NCBI GenBank assembly: GCA_027923505.1
Contig: BROI01000029.1
Location: forward strand, 124,001-188,000
Reading direction: 5' to 3'
DNA from: Mayamaea pseudoterrestris
Taxonomy: Eukaryota
Length of the DNA stretch: 64,000 nucleotides
Below are positions 21,992-34,503 of this stretch, in pieces (the stretch's first letter is position 1; every line of letters begins with the position of its first letter). The notes beneath the pieces were generated by a model. It had not been told where the DNA came from and made no database searches. It worked only from the letters and a program-made list of their open reading frames with translations. Both the position numbers and the translations under genes were made by a program.

Positions 21992-23407
21992 ATGAAGTCG
22001 GTAATTGTGAGAAGTGCCTCCAGTCGCAATCTTCTGCAGCATCTACGAGGTTTCTCTATTATAGCTGCCATGTGGCCATTCTCGTCATCAAGTTCCATCG
22101 ATTCGGTCAAGGCAGAAGTGATTCATGCGGAGGACCGACTCTTGAAGCTTGCCCGACGTTTTCTATTGCCATCCCAACAAGCTTCTTCGCTTCAGTTTAC
22201 ACTACATGATACCCCAATACCTAGAGCTTCCGTTCCACACATTCGAGACGCGTCTTCCTGCTTTGCTTCAACTTCTTCGTCGGCTAATGCTGACAGTGCG
22301 ACCTACACGATTCACAGCGTCCAAGTCACTAGCTCGGACGCGAGAAGAGACAGCAGATCAACATCCACTGCTCCTCTAGTGCTTTTGCATGGCTATATGA
22401 ATTCCTCCAGCTACTATTTCCGCAACTTGAGTGGATTGGCTCATCACTTTTCAACGGTGCACTCGCTCGATTGGTTTGGCTGGGGCTTGAGCTCTAGGCC
22501 AGCGTGGCCCAAAACATTGACAACAAGTGAAGCCGAAGACATTTTTGTTGAGAGTCTGGAAGCATGGAGGGCAGCTCAGGGCTTGGATAAGATGATGATC
22601 GGAGCGCACTCGCTTGGCGGTTATGTCGCAGTAGCATACGCAGAGCGCTACCCACAGCACGTGGAGAGATTGTTGCTGCTTAGCCCAGCGGGCGTCCCAG
22701 AGGAGACGCCAGCAATGCTTCAAGAGCGGAAGCAACAGTTGGCGACGCGACCATGGACGATGCGGTTGATGTTTTATCTAGCGCAGCGCTTGTTTGAGCG
22801 TCAGTATACGCCCGGTACGATCATGAGATTGGTGTCAACGTCTCGGGGATATGGATGGGTATCAAACTACGTTGAAAAGCGACTACCGGCTATTTCAGAT
22901 CCTGAGGAACGCAAGGCAGTCAGCGACTACCTGTACTGGAACTCGATAATGCCGAGCTCCGCAGAGCATTCGCTGTCGCAAATATTGAAGCCCAATGCCA
23001 TGGGACGAGTTCCACTCGTGAACCGTATTCCATTGCTGAAAGTTCCACATGTGTCCTTTTTGTATGGATCGCATGATTGGATGGATGTTGAGGGAGGTTT
23101 GCAAGTGCAAGCCAAGACGGAAGAGCAAGGGAAACGTCGAGCCAATGACAGCACCATTGCAGTTCCACCCAAGGTGGAAGTCTATCGTGTCAATCAGGCC
23201 GGCCATCTGCTCATGCTGGACAATTGGAGAGAGTTTAATCAAGGAGTCATAATTGGAGCTGGTGGACAAGCGACAGATTCAGCATACATGCCGACCAAGC
23301 TGGATGCGAGCCTCTTGGCTGCCAAGGCGGATGGTGGGCAACCTATTCGATCCTACAATGAAATGAATCGCATGACAAGACGACCAACTGGCATGGCTGC
23401 TGCCTAG
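21992..23407 (+). CDS. Alpha/beta hydrolase, ABHD4/ABHD5(CGI-58)/Cld1-like lipase-acyltransferase
   Basis: LVLLHGY, DWFGWGLSSRP, nucleophile elbow AHSLGG, and GHLLMLDN (HX4D); first in-frame ATG at 21992. Confidence 0.85.
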   Translation: MKSVIVRSASSRNLLQHLRGFSIIAAMWPFSSSSSIDSVKAEVIHAEDRLLKLARRFLLPSQQASSLQFTLHDTPIPRASVPHIRDASSCFASTSSSANADSATYTIHSVQVTSSDARRDSRSTSTAPLVLLHGYMNSSSYYFRNLSGLAHHFSTVHSLDWFGWGLSSRPAWPKTLTTSEAEDIFVESLEAWRAAQGLDKMMIGAHSLGGYVAVAYAERYPQHVERLLLLSPAGVPEETPAMLQERKQQLATRPWTMRLMFYLAQRLFERQYTPGTIMRLVSTSRGYGWVSNYVEKRLPAISDPEERKAVSDYLYWNSIMPSSAEHSLSQILKPNAMGRVPLVNRIPLLKVPHVSFLYGSHDWMDVEGGLQVQAKTEEQGKRRANDSTIAVPPKVEVYRVNQAGHLLMLDNWREFNQGVIIGAGGQATDSAYMPTKLDASLLAAKADGGQPIRSYNEMNRMTRRPTGMAAA

Positions 23408-23641
23408 ATTTATAATCAAATCAAGTTTTGAGTTAGCATGCTAATTCGTGTAAATATTGTCTGGCCACGTTGCCTGTCTAGTAGTATAAACTATTGTAAT
23501 TTTGCTAGTGACATTTCATGGATTACCGATGCGATGTAGCGTCAAAACTTCTTTCGCATTCGATTCTTCGACAACATCACTTCGACTTTCGAGCGCGATA
23601 TTCCATAACTTCGACTGACTGCAACAAACAAGACAATCATC

Positions 23642-24279
23642 ATGGGTAAAGGAGGATACGAAGACGCTGTCGATGAGAACAGGATCACCTTGTGCTGCGC
23701 TCTATGCTGCTTCAACTGCGGCTGCTACAAGACGAGTGATGCGCTCGGTGTTTCAGGAAAGGCAAGTCTGTGCTGCCAAATGATATAGATCGTTGAGGCG
23801 CCATTACTGATGCTAACTCACTTTTTATATCCTTGCGAATGACAGGCCGGTATCTGCTGCATCAATCTCGAGTTCTGCTGCAAGCCAGGAGCTCCGTACC
23901 TCTTCCCCTTGTGTTGCTTGGTAAGTTCACCGAAGGATGTCGAGTGGCGACCGCGAAAGATTCATGTTGGCTCATCGTCTCATCTGCTTCATTTCACAGG
24001 GAATCACCACCAATTGCAGTGATTGCTCATTAATTAACGCACAGGTTAGTCTCGATGCCTTCTACGTTATTTCTACTGTGCTTGCCATGGCACGACATAT
24101 CATTGTTCGCTAACAACATTAATATTTATGCAATACAGGCTCACGTATGCTGCTCGGTTTGTTCTGCGGCAATTCCGTGCAACGACGAGGTCCCGGTGGC
24201 TCTGGTGGTGTTGGGTTTGGACCTTTACCCGAAGGTTGGATGCTGCCTTACGCAGAGGGAGATGAAAATGCATCGTTAG
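23642..24279 (+). CDS. Small Cys-rich protein, paralog 2 (126 aa; exons 23642-23761, 23846-23920, 24000-24044, 24139-24279)
   Basis: MGKGGYEDAVDENRITLCCALCCFNCGCY...AIPCNDEVPVALVVLGLDLYPKVGCC; splice sites keep frame. Confidence 0.85.
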
Positions 24280-24569
24280 ACTCGAGCGAAACGCAGGCTT
24301 CTGTTGCTTAGACGTAAGCTGGTAGCATATGTGGTTAGTGTGATTAAACTTTTCATTCCTTGTGATCATTTTGTGCTATGTAGCTGGCGGAGTTGAGATA
24401 GATTTGCAATAACAAAATGCTACCAGTCGTCTGGTGCATTCAGCACCCGTATCAATCATGCTGCGACAAAAAGTTCATTGTTGGTGCGACATCGTGTTCA
24501 CTCAGATCCATCGTCAGTTCGCATTCTTTCTTCCGAAAGGAGGCGTTGGACCATTAAAGATCGTCCAAC

Positions 24570-25221
24570 ATGGGAAAAGGAGGCTGCGGAGACGCTGTAG
24601 ATGAAAACAAGATCATCTTGTGTTGCGCCTTGGGATGCTGTAATTGCGGTTGGTACAATGCATGTGATGCCTGCGGTATCTCTGGAAAAGGTTCGTGCAA
24701 AGCCGAGACCAAGACGGCAATACTTGTCCTTGCTGGCCGTAAACAGAAAATCTGGCTCTGACTTTTAATCCTCTACTTTCATGAAAGCCGGCATTTGCTG
24801 CGTTAATCTTGAATGCTGCTGCAAACCAGGCGCTCCGTGCTTGTGTCCTTTCCTGTGCTTGGTAAATATTCAGGATAAGAGTAATTGGGATCGAGAAGCC
24901 TTCTCCGTGTACCTTCCGAATCACTCAACGTTACTTTAATGAAATTTTAGGGGATCACTGTTAATTGCGGCGATTGTTCTTTGATCAATGCACAGGTTCG
25001 TTTCCGACGATCGTACAAGAATGCATGGCTCGCTTCTTCATTTTTGTCTCATGACGATCTTATTTTCTTCGTTACAGTGCCATTTATGCTGCTCGGTCTG
25101 CTCCGCTGCACTTCCATGTAATGATGAGGTGCCCGTTGCGTTGGTTGTTTTGGGCTTAGACATGTACCCCAAATGCGGCTGTTGCCTTTCGCAACGAACG
25201 CTGAAGATGGAGCGTCATTAA
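24570..25221 (+). CDS. Small Cys-rich protein, paralog 3 (127 aa; exons 24570-24690, 24788-24861, 24951-24995, 25078-25221)
   Basis: MGKGGCGDAVDENKIILCCALGCCNCGWY...ALPCNDEVPVALVVLGLDMYPKCGCC. Confidence 0.85.
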
Positions 25222-25362
25222 GCAGAGAAATGGACCATAAAATATGCATTTCACACTTGAGTCATTGCCTCGCTTCCAGTAATATGCGGAAGGCTATGAC
25301 TGCCGAATTACTGGACAAGGTGGACAAGAAATTTAACTATACAACATTTGATTTAACGCACA

Positions 25363-26865
25363 CTATTCTCTCTTAACCTTTTGCTCGTTGAGCATAACTT
25401 GCTGCGTCACAAAGCGATCATATCCCCACGCTATAATGACCAGTGTGCATGCATTCAATCCGACAACGGCCAGTAACGGTGCCCTTGTCGGATGAACATA
25501 GTAACTCAAAGCCCCACCTAGTAACGGTCCTGCCATGCCCGCTCCTTGCTCAACAGCTGCTAGTAGCCCAAAGAAGCTTCCCACTTCGCCGGGGGCCGCA
25601 ATCTGACTTGTGTCGGCTGCAAAGATTGTCGAAATGACACCGTACGCTGTCACCATGACGGAGAACAACATGTACAGCCAGCACCGGCTCATGGTGTAAA
25701 AGGCAAAATACCGGCTTATTCCGACCACTAAACAACAAAGTAGAAGCAACTGTACTCTTCTGCTTGGCGTTTCTCCAAATCGATCCAACAGAATCTTTGC
25801 GACAAACCCTTGCGAGAGCGCAAAGAACAGTCCAATCACGGAAAAGAAGGTACCATAGTCTCTGGGTTGAAAGTCGAAGCGTTCCTTCAGAGAGGTTGTC
25901 AAAATAGTTTGATAAATGTAAAAAGATAGCGTCGAAAGTAATCGGCAAGATAAAATGACCAGGGCTGCCGGAGAACGAGCCGATGGAATGTCCAACACTT
26001 TCCATAGGCCTCTCTTTCGTGTCGTCGTCGCCGATGACGAAGACGAAGTTGACGCTTCGTTGATTGAAGCAGCAACTGGTTGCTTTCTTTGTCTTACAGT
26101 CGGCAAGCGCGCCGTGAGTCCACACGCAAGAAGCAAAAACACCAAGCTTAGTCGCGTCGCTTGCCCATATGTCTTGACGCCAAGCGTTCCAATGGCAGGT
26201 CCCATCATCATTGCCAAGCCTGCCGCCATTCCCAGCTTGCCGGCACTGGAAGCTCGGTCCCCAGACGTTGAATTTGGTACCAGATCGTGATATTCACTCA
26301 GCACTGCCTTTAATACATGCACATTTTGCTCCAGCGCCAAGGGAATCGTCGCCAGCCATAGCTGAGGTATTGATTGTGCGCGATTGGCTGCAACGATGGC
26401 AATCCCTGCGGCTACCAAGCCCATCCACAAGCACCACTTGCGGGCATCATATTGGAAGCGAGTCGACTTCATGTCGGACAAGTATCCAACAAGCGTTGCT
26501 CCGATTAATTTCAGAGTGGATCTGGCGCTCGTCAGCGTTCCAAAGCACAAATTGTCGCATGCAAGCATGTCGCGCCGACCCTGTTGGTGTGGCATTGTGA
26601 GACTTGATGCGACCAGCAAAAGCCAGAGTGAAGACGCCGCATACCAAATGCCTCGCTGCAGTATTAAACGAGCGTCTTCTGATTGTACTGTTGAGTCTTT
26701 GGAAGCACTGTCGGAGATTGTCGCTCTTGCTGACTCATTGTCAATGCAAGTGGAAGAAGCTAGAGAATGGCGAGAATCCTGTGATTCGCTCATACTGCTG
26801 CTCCTTGCTACCGCTCCAAGACTGTTCTTGTCATTCTCTTCACCATCGGCAGTAGATGCACACAT
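25363..26865 (-). CDS. Major facilitator superfamily transporter (TetA/SLC22A18-like)
   Basis: 500 aa, many hydrophobic helices, GYLSD and LLDRFG loop motifs, MMGPAIG and MAGPLLGG. Confidence 0.85.
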   Translation of the reverse strand: MCASTADGEENDKNSLGAVARSSSMSESQDSRHSLASSTCIDNESARATISDSASKDSTVQSEDARLILQRGIWYAASSLWLLLVASSLTMPHQQGRRDMLACDNLCFGTLTSARSTLKLIGATLVGYLSDMKSTRFQYDARKWCLWMGLVAAGIAIVAANRAQSIPQLWLATIPLALEQNVHVLKAVLSEYHDLVPNSTSGDRASSAGKLGMAAGLAMMMGPAIGTLGVKTYGQATRLSLVFLLLACGLTARLPTVRQRKQPVAASINEASTSSSSSATTTRKRGLWKVLDIPSARSPAALVILSCRLLSTLSFYIYQTILTTSLKERFDFQPRDYGTFFSVIGLFFALSQGFVAKILLDRFGETPSRRVQLLLLCCLVVGISRYFAFYTMSRCWLYMLFSVMVTAYGVISTIFAADTSQIAAPGEVGSFFGLLAAVEQGAGMAGPLLGGALSYYVHPTRAPLLAVVGLNACTLVIIAWGYDRFVTQQVMLNEQKVKRE

Positions 26866-27143
26866 GACTTATTGGTGTCGATGCGTTGCAAGAATGCTGG
26901 CAACGACTTGGCCGTTAGTTCTGTCATGATTCATGGAAGACGGAACGCTTTGCGTCGAGAATTCGAATCGATGGATGTGACATACAATCGCACCGGTACT
27001 CATTTAGTCGTAGCGGCTATGCTTGCGGATCTTTGTCGCAGCGCATTGACTGCTCGCGTTTACCATGGCCATCATTCCAACATGTTTGAGCAGCTACCTA
27101 CTGCAGCGATCCATCTTTTAGACATTCAGTTCATTGCACTACC

Positions 27144-30100
27144 ATGCTGACTCCTGGGCTAGTGTCGCTGAATATTCACGAGGCGCTGACATTTGACGGT
27201 ACCGAAATTGTTCTCCATCCCGATTTGTTCAGCGCTCCTGGACTTACAATCAACGAAACGAACACCAGTACATCCTTTGGCTCTATCATACAGCAGCAAC
27301 AGCGAGTAAAACTGAATATTGATGATCGGAATGGATCAAGTATTAATAATGTTGCCGCTACTGCTGGTACCGCTCCAGCAAGTTCTGTTCAGACCCATCA
27401 TACACCCCTTCTTCAACCTGGAGACTTGGTCGAGATTCGAGTATGGGATCCCATCGTTAGGATGGACTCGCAGCAGTCAACGAATCATTCATCTCACATG
27501 TCAAAACAAAACGTTTCAAGTATCATGAGACGTCGGCCATCTCATCCAACCTCGACAAGTAATGCAGGTTCCACAACTAGTTTGCCAAACATGGCTCATG
27601 ATGTTGCATCAGACAACAATTTACAGCAGCATCAGTTGTCATCCAACAATACAAGAGACCTAAATATGGATGTTGATGGAGGAGGAATGAGTGCGTCAGC
27701 GTCCTACATGTCGGCAGGGACCAGTGAACCAAGTATTGGCGGTGTTTCTGGAGCCGACGATGCAACAGAACCAACCGGAGCAACAAATCGTGCCTTAAGC
27801 GGTAGTGGCAATGGTGGCGGAGGACAGTTTAGTTCACAAAGCTCCATTGTTGATGCAGCGGATGCTTCCTCGGTTCATTCTGATCAAGCTGGCAGCCGAT
27901 CGGACGAATTGAGCTCCACGCCCCGCCAGTCGCCTCACACCGTCAGAGACGAATCTACCGTCATTCATAATCGCGCAGGTTCCACACCAGCACGATCGAG
28001 CAATAGCGAGGACTCAACACTAAAGGCTAATAATATTTTTACGGCAGCCGCAATGTCGTCAGACGTTCACGCGCGCGTTCCAGCGACGGCGCCCGAAACA
28101 AGTCGGGCGCTCAATAAACCGCCCATTCCAATTCGCAATCGAACGACGGGAAGCATAAATCCTGTCGTGACTGACTTGTTTGGATCCAAAAATGCAATTT
28201 CTCCATTCGCAACAAATACATTAACACCTACAGCAACCAATACGACCGCAAGTGCTGGGCCGACCATGACTGCCCCGGTTGCAACGACCAGTAACAATCG
28301 TTTCAACGCGAGCTGTAGCAGTAGCACCACAAATCGTCCTCGCCACTTCCGTGACTTGTCAGACATGACAATGGACACCATCAATGACATTCACATTGTT
28401 CCAAATATGACAACGACGTCGGAGGAAGAGGATGATGCTTTGTGGACTCAGCTATCATCGTCGCATCGATTACGTCAAAGCTTTTGTTTCATGGTATCCG
28501 CAAAGTCATTGACTAGTCTCAAGCCGTCGGCACGCACGCAAATTTCCTTGCTTCGGCCAATTGCGGATTTGTACGGCTTGTCGAGCTACGACATGGTGAC
28601 TGTTCACAAGGTAGACGACGAAAGTGTTTGGCAAAATGTGTCTGCCGACTTTGTCTTGGTGACCATCAAGGATCAATTTATCAGCCGAGGAGACATGCAC
28701 TATTTTATTAGCAAGTTGATCGGATCGTGGGTGTATGAGGGTGAACGATTGCTGGACGACACCAAAGGGATTCAAGCGCACGCCAAGGAGATTAGACACA
28801 AGGACAAGCATGCATATTCGGGTCTTATCACTGACCAAACCAAGATTACCTTCCGATCGAGGTCTTCACGCTTAATCTGGTTAGTACAGATCTCGGTTGA
28901 AATGTTCGATTATGCAAGTCCTTATGATGTGTCTGGTGGCGAGGAGAGCCGATGTGAAACGTATTTTGATAAGTGGATCGCTTTCGTCAAGCGGCTTTTT
29001 GCTAAGTGGAAGGAGCAGGAGACATCGCACTCGTTGACTGTAGTGTTTTTTAGCAGAACGTTTATGGGAACAATGCCTGGTGATTCAGTGCCACTGAAAA
29101 CGAAATCAGATGCGAGACAGCCGACGGAGCTTCGAGATATTTATGGGCGCGCATACGAGGACCACTTCCGCCTTGTGATTGATAATGCTACATCCTCGAC
29201 CGATCTGGATTCACTTATAATAAAAATTAAGGAAGCTTTCGTCATGTATCCAGCTGAAGTCGGATGGAATTCACTAACTGGCAAAGCATCGAGGCGGCCT
29301 TCGCTGGCAAGTCAGGGCAACGTCCTCGAAGCGACTAATGTGACTTTGAATCTTCTACAGTTTCATTATTTTGATCGCGATTTGAATCGAACAGGCAATT
29401 CTCTTGTCATTATCAGTGCCGGCAATGGAGTTTTTGAGGTTGATAAGGATCTTGCTGGTATCACATATCAGAGGATGATGGATAATGGCATAGGTAGCGA
29501 TATGCTAAGCCTGTCGCTCCCTCCGCTCCATATTGCTCCTTTCTTTCTCTACACGGACTTGTCAATTTCTGCCGACGTCAATGATGCCGACGGCGGTAGC
29601 AGTTGGGAAGTACCACACTGGCTGCACCTCTCATTCATAAGTTACGATGAAGACGGATTGCCTGACGGAACCGCTAATGTCCAGAACAAAAAGATATCAA
29701 ATCCTTTTGAAGTAGCGAATATAGCTGGTCACGCAGTTGCTGCCAATGGATTTATCTTGCCCACCAGGCCGGCTCAATCCGATGCAGTGGATACGCTTTC
29801 TTCCAAATCCAGCATGCTTCGAACGCAAGAACGGCAATTAATCGCTGGTCGCGATTTTCGCGACATCTTAGATGCTTGTCGACCCCGACACATAGGTGGG
29901 CTGCCTTCGCCGCTAAAGGCGTTACTTGATATGTACAATGTTAAAGATGACCATTCTATAGAGTCAACCAAGTTAAATGAGAATGATATTGCGATAGAAG
30001 AATGGGGGTCGCTAAAATCGACAATCGACCTTGGAGACGACAATGCAAGAGTGTACCGTCTGCGAGCTGTTTCTCTTGGACAGGAACCTGCGCATCATGA

Positions 30101-32967
30101 TACGGGAGCGTCGTTTGGGCAGATGATTGAAAGTGACAATGCTGAGCATGGTTTCAGCTACGACAGTCAACGATCGGGAGGGTTGCTGGGGGTGTCGTAC
30201 GACCGTCCATTTATGGCACACGCGGCGTCGCCTTCGGTAACAGGCATTGAATTACAGCGATCGCCTTCGTTTCATATTTTTGTTGCTGAAGCTGGGGAAC
30301 AAAACAGCGAAATTGAAGTTGACGTGCTTGGCGCCCGCCACACATCACTGGCGACGGCAAAAACAGGGGTTATCGAGAGTAATCTGTCACGAGCTGATGA
30401 TTGCGGTCTATCCCAACCTTACCTTGAAGAGCTCCTTCGTGACTTTGACTCCAAGCTCGTTAACTCATCAATATCTGATTCTGCTACCTTCTTACCTGGG
30501 GTTCAAAGACTCGACGACAAACTTGTTACCAGAGGAACGGAGTCGCGCTCTAGTGGGAAAATCGAGCGTCATGCCGGGGGTCTAGAATTAGCTTTAAGCC
30601 GGTATCGTGATGTGCCAGTCGCTTCTGCTTTAGATTACGACGTGCAAACGGCAACCACAAGCACCGCGACAATCACCTCTCGATCGACTGGTACCTGTCG
30701 GCAGACTGAGGTTGCTTCTAGTGGACTGTCGCCTCGTCGGCAGACTGGGATTGCTTCTCGTGGACTGTCGCCCCGTCGGCAGACTGAGGTTGCTTCTAGT
30801 GGACAGTCGCCAGTACGGTTGCTTCCTATACTCGACTATGCAGACAAAAGTGAATCATTCAGTCCTTCTCGGCGACTCGATTTTGCGGATGGAAGTCGAA
30901 TCTACCCCTTCGACAGAAGCAGGCTATCACTTGCATCAGCGAGGTCGTTCGCGCTATCATATTCACCTAGAAGTCCACCGAAATCTGACAGTCCGACTTT
31001 ACTAACGACAGATCGCGACCCACACCGGCGTGCATCTATCGAGAGTTCAGAAACATATACGTCTGAGAGACGACGGAGACAAGCGTCGAAAGCGTCGCGT
31101 AGAAGGAAAGCTTTCAATCCATTTCGTCAGCAAGACGAGGACGAAGTTTTGGCAAAAAAGACACACAATCGTTTGCGATGGACACATGTGTTTCCGCTTG
31201 GCGAAATTGAATTCAAGCGTCACGCAGGCCCTAGTTGGAAGAGTTTAACTTGTCCTGCTATACTTCCCCTATCAGTTGATTACTTCCCGTCACAACAAGA
31301 AGTCGATCGTAATTACACCTTCAGTATATACAACGTAACACGAAGCGAGTTCGAAACAACGCCATACTCGTCCAATTTGGACCTCATGTGGGAGATGGTT
31401 CGCCAGCGTTTGACGCAGGACTATCAGCTTGTCCCAAAGGACCATCCAAATGTGATAAATTTTCGCCGGGAAACACTTGGACGGTCTGATAGCGACAACT
31501 TGCTGAGTAACGTCGAAAGTCCTGGAACAATTCGCGTTTTCTTATCAATGGGCTACAGTCTACAGATCCTCACATACGATCCGGCTCTAGATGGTACGTA
31601 CCATTTCGGTGTAGAGGTTCCAATTATCCGCAACTCTCATATAGCTTCAAATTCTCTATCTGCAGTTATAGAAGTTACGAGATACGATGCGAAAAATGCC
31701 CGCACACAGACATCAGGAGCGAGCTCTTTCAGATATATTTTCTTAAGCTTCTGTCCTATGACCGCACAATACCTTCCAGTCATTCAAACCTTTACTAAAT
31801 ACTCTGCTTTGTATAATTGGAATAAAGTGGATAGGATAATTGCTGGTGACAGTGACAGGGAGATGCGAGAAGGCATGCGATTTAAACGAATAATGTTTGC
31901 CGTGCTCCCCGAAAGATGCGAAGATGCCGAGGCCGAAAACATGTACATCGATAAATTTCAACGTTTGGTCGAATACTTTGAAAAGTTACGCGAGAAAGAC
32001 GGTTCGTCAGAACCGTTGAAAGTTACGATTGTGAAGCTGGAAGAAATAGACGAGGATGTCAACTCGAGGAAAAAGCTTACCGAATCAACGCCAGGCATTT
32101 CATGGAATGCAATGCGTCGTTTTTATGTCAAGCTGAAGAAGTCAAAGAATGACACGTTGGAGTGGATGGAGATTGTGGTAGACTCTACGTTTAAAACTTG
32201 CTGGAGCTATCGCATCATGTTTCAATGGTTAGTAGCATCATCTGGCAAGGTGGAAGCACAAGTACAAATGCTTAGCCGACGGTAAGTTTAATCGCAAAAC
32301 CAATAAACAACAATTTGCACGCTTTGCCTGTGATTTACCCCATCTCTTATTCAGTTGCACACAATTTGGCCTAAAGCTGGTCACGTTTCCACAGTTGTCA
32401 GTATCGAAAGACATTTACCTCAACCCTTTTAAAGCCCACGTCACATATCTAATTATGACAAAGAATGAAGCTGAATGCATAGATGCTGCTCTTGACAAGC
32501 TTAACTATCTGCATGACGGTGTTTTCTTTACCGACGCTCAGGCGATTAAGGCGTGCGTGCCGTGCGACTTTGAATTTTCACGACGCGGAAACCAGTCAGT
32601 GAATGGTCGTCAGTTTGTGCATCGCTCTGGAACATTGTTTATTCGCATTTTACCGGAACTGCAAGGGCGCGCGCTAGCGATTGTTTTTGCAAACTACAAT
32701 TATCTTAACAAAGACGAGAAAGCGAATGTCGCGTGTCAGTACGCATTTAATGAACTCAGCAGTTGCATGAAAGCTCTTCAGGATGGCTCTTGGGAGCTAA
32801 CACCTACAGTTGCGGCGTCTTTGCGCACAGGTGAGAAGCCGATACCCATGGAGTCGATTGAAGTGGATGAAATGGACCAAACCGATTTGAACGACAGCGT
32901 GCCATCACTCTTTGTCGACATACCTGAGGGCAGTACGCAAGTTGACGGCGACGAAAGCCTGACATAA
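27144..32967 (+). CDS. DEPDC5: GATOR1 subunit DEPDC5/Iml1 (introns ~31594-31665 and 32282-32354)
   Basis: KDQFISRGDM, TFRSRS, QISVEMFDY, GNVLEATN, DRDLNRTG, PPLHIAP, RLRWTHVFP, WKSLTCPAILPLSVDYFP; second exon continues RRCTQFGLKL. Confidence 0.9.
30697..30812 (+). repeat. 39-bp coding tandem repeat x3 within DEPDC5 (RQTEVASSGLSPR)
   Basis: GTCGGCAGACTG recurs at 30697, 30736 and 30775. Confidence 0.85.
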
Positions 32968-33258
32968 AGGCGTACCGAAACGGTTTCGCAATAGAAAGAC
33001 CGATTTTCTACAGAGTGCAAACAGTGCCTTCTACATAAATGAGCGACGAAGTGTAGCTGAATGTGTCATCAATTGAAAATCTATATGCACCTGTCGACCG
33101 CGAAACATCCATAATTTTTAATGAAGATTTACGTTACATGCATTAGCACTGCATGGCCTGTCCCATATAAAATACTGTATCAGCCGGACTACCATTGTCC
33201 ATCAGCAGTTCGGCGGGCTACCGGTAGTAATCTTATACATTGGGTGACGCTACCTTAA

Positions 33259-34503
33259 TCAAACCTGTTCGATAGCCTTCCAAATAGCGTGCATGTATGG
33301 ACATTGAAAGGTGTCAAGCTTATCGGGAGGATGGTACCAGTAATTGATAGCCATGTGCAATGGTTCTTCTTTCCCCGGCGAAGAGGTGACGCAGTGGAAC
33401 CAACTGGCTGGGATATAGAGTGCTTCTCCCGCTTGGAGTTCGACAATGCATTCCTTAGCCGTCGTAAATGCAGGAAAGTCGCGTTGCAAAGTTCGCTTCG
33501 GCAAGGTTGGATCAATTGCACTGAATGAATCTGGTCTTCGCCGATTAGTGTAGTTCGAGCCGTCATCCGTGTCATCTTCGTCTTCTTGAGCTTGATGATC
33601 ATCAAAGTCATCCTTGCCATTTTCAGGAAACGCATCCTCGTCGTCACTACTTTGATATTCAAATCCCTTGCCTAGAACGACGCTCGCCTCATCATCCGAG
33701 TCCTCCAAGTCGTCGCCATGAGCTTTTCGCTCCTCAAGCAAGCGCAATGGAAGTCCATCAGATCGCAGCGGCTCTTGCTGGTAGGAAATCAAACCATTTT
33801 CGTGAATGCAGTCTAATGTACCATATGTCTCCATGACGGAATGCTCCGACGGAGCATACAATCGAAAATGCTTGATTCCGCTAACGAGCAAGTATATATT
33901 GTCGTGGTAATCGTGATGTAAACCGCTGCTTGCATTCGCAGCCATTCCCATCCACAGATTGCAACTCTCCAAACGCAAATTTCCAGCGAGCAAGATTGTT
34001 TCGTGCAAATAGCCATGCTTTAGTAGCTCTAGCGTAGGTCCCTGAAAAGCGTCGGTGCTGCTGCTCTCAGTGTCAACGTCATCTTCGTCATCTGGTTGCT
34101 GCGTCGACAAGTAGTAAAGCTCGCGATTCTCAGGAATTTTCCAAAGCTCAAAGAGTTGATTGATTGTCATGACGATTTGCTTGTCGGGTGTTCGATTTTG
34201 ACCAAACGGCATATCGGTGTTCTGTCGTCGCTCCACTTGGACCTTTACGTTTCCAGCAACATCTTGAAGATTTTGGCTCGTCAGTATTGGTGACGGCATG
34301 ATGAGACTGTTGAGTATGCATGGTTTGCGCTTGGAAACATAATCGCGGAAAAAGTCTTGTGGAGAGGTTGCTGTTGGGTCAATCCGATCGAGCGAAGGTG
34401 GCTGTTCGCTGCTAGCGTCAAATGTGTAATAAGAATATTTCATACAACATGACTGAGCTGAATGCTTCCTCTTTTTGCTGGTGCTGCAGCCGATAGTCGT
34501 CAT
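33259..34503 (-). CDS. JmjC/cupin-8 2-oxoglutarate Fe(II) oxygenase
   Basis: NLWMG...GLHHDYHDNIY...G.KHFRL and GEALYIPASWFHCV...AINYWY (HxD...H triad). Confidence 0.88.
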   Translation of the reverse strand: MTTIGCSTSKKRKHSAQSCCMKYSYYTFDASSEQPPSLDRIDPTATSPQDFFRDYVSKRKPCILNSLIMPSPILTSQNLQDVAGNVKVQVERRQNTDMPFGQNRTPDKQIVMTINQLFELWKIPENRELYYLSTQQPDDEDDVDTESSSTDAFQGPTLELLKHGYLHETILLAGNLRLESCNLWMGMAANASSGLHHDYHDNIYLLVSGIKHFRLYAPSEHSVMETYGTLDCIHENGLISYQQEPLRSDGLPLRLLEERKAHGDDLEDSDDEASVVLGKGFEYQSSDDEDAFPENGKDDFDDHQAQEDEDDTDDGSNYTNRRRPDSFSAIDPTLPKRTLQRDFPAFTTAKECIVELQAGEALYIPASWFHCVTSSPGKEEPLHMAINYWYHPPDKLDTFQCPYMHAIWKAIEQV

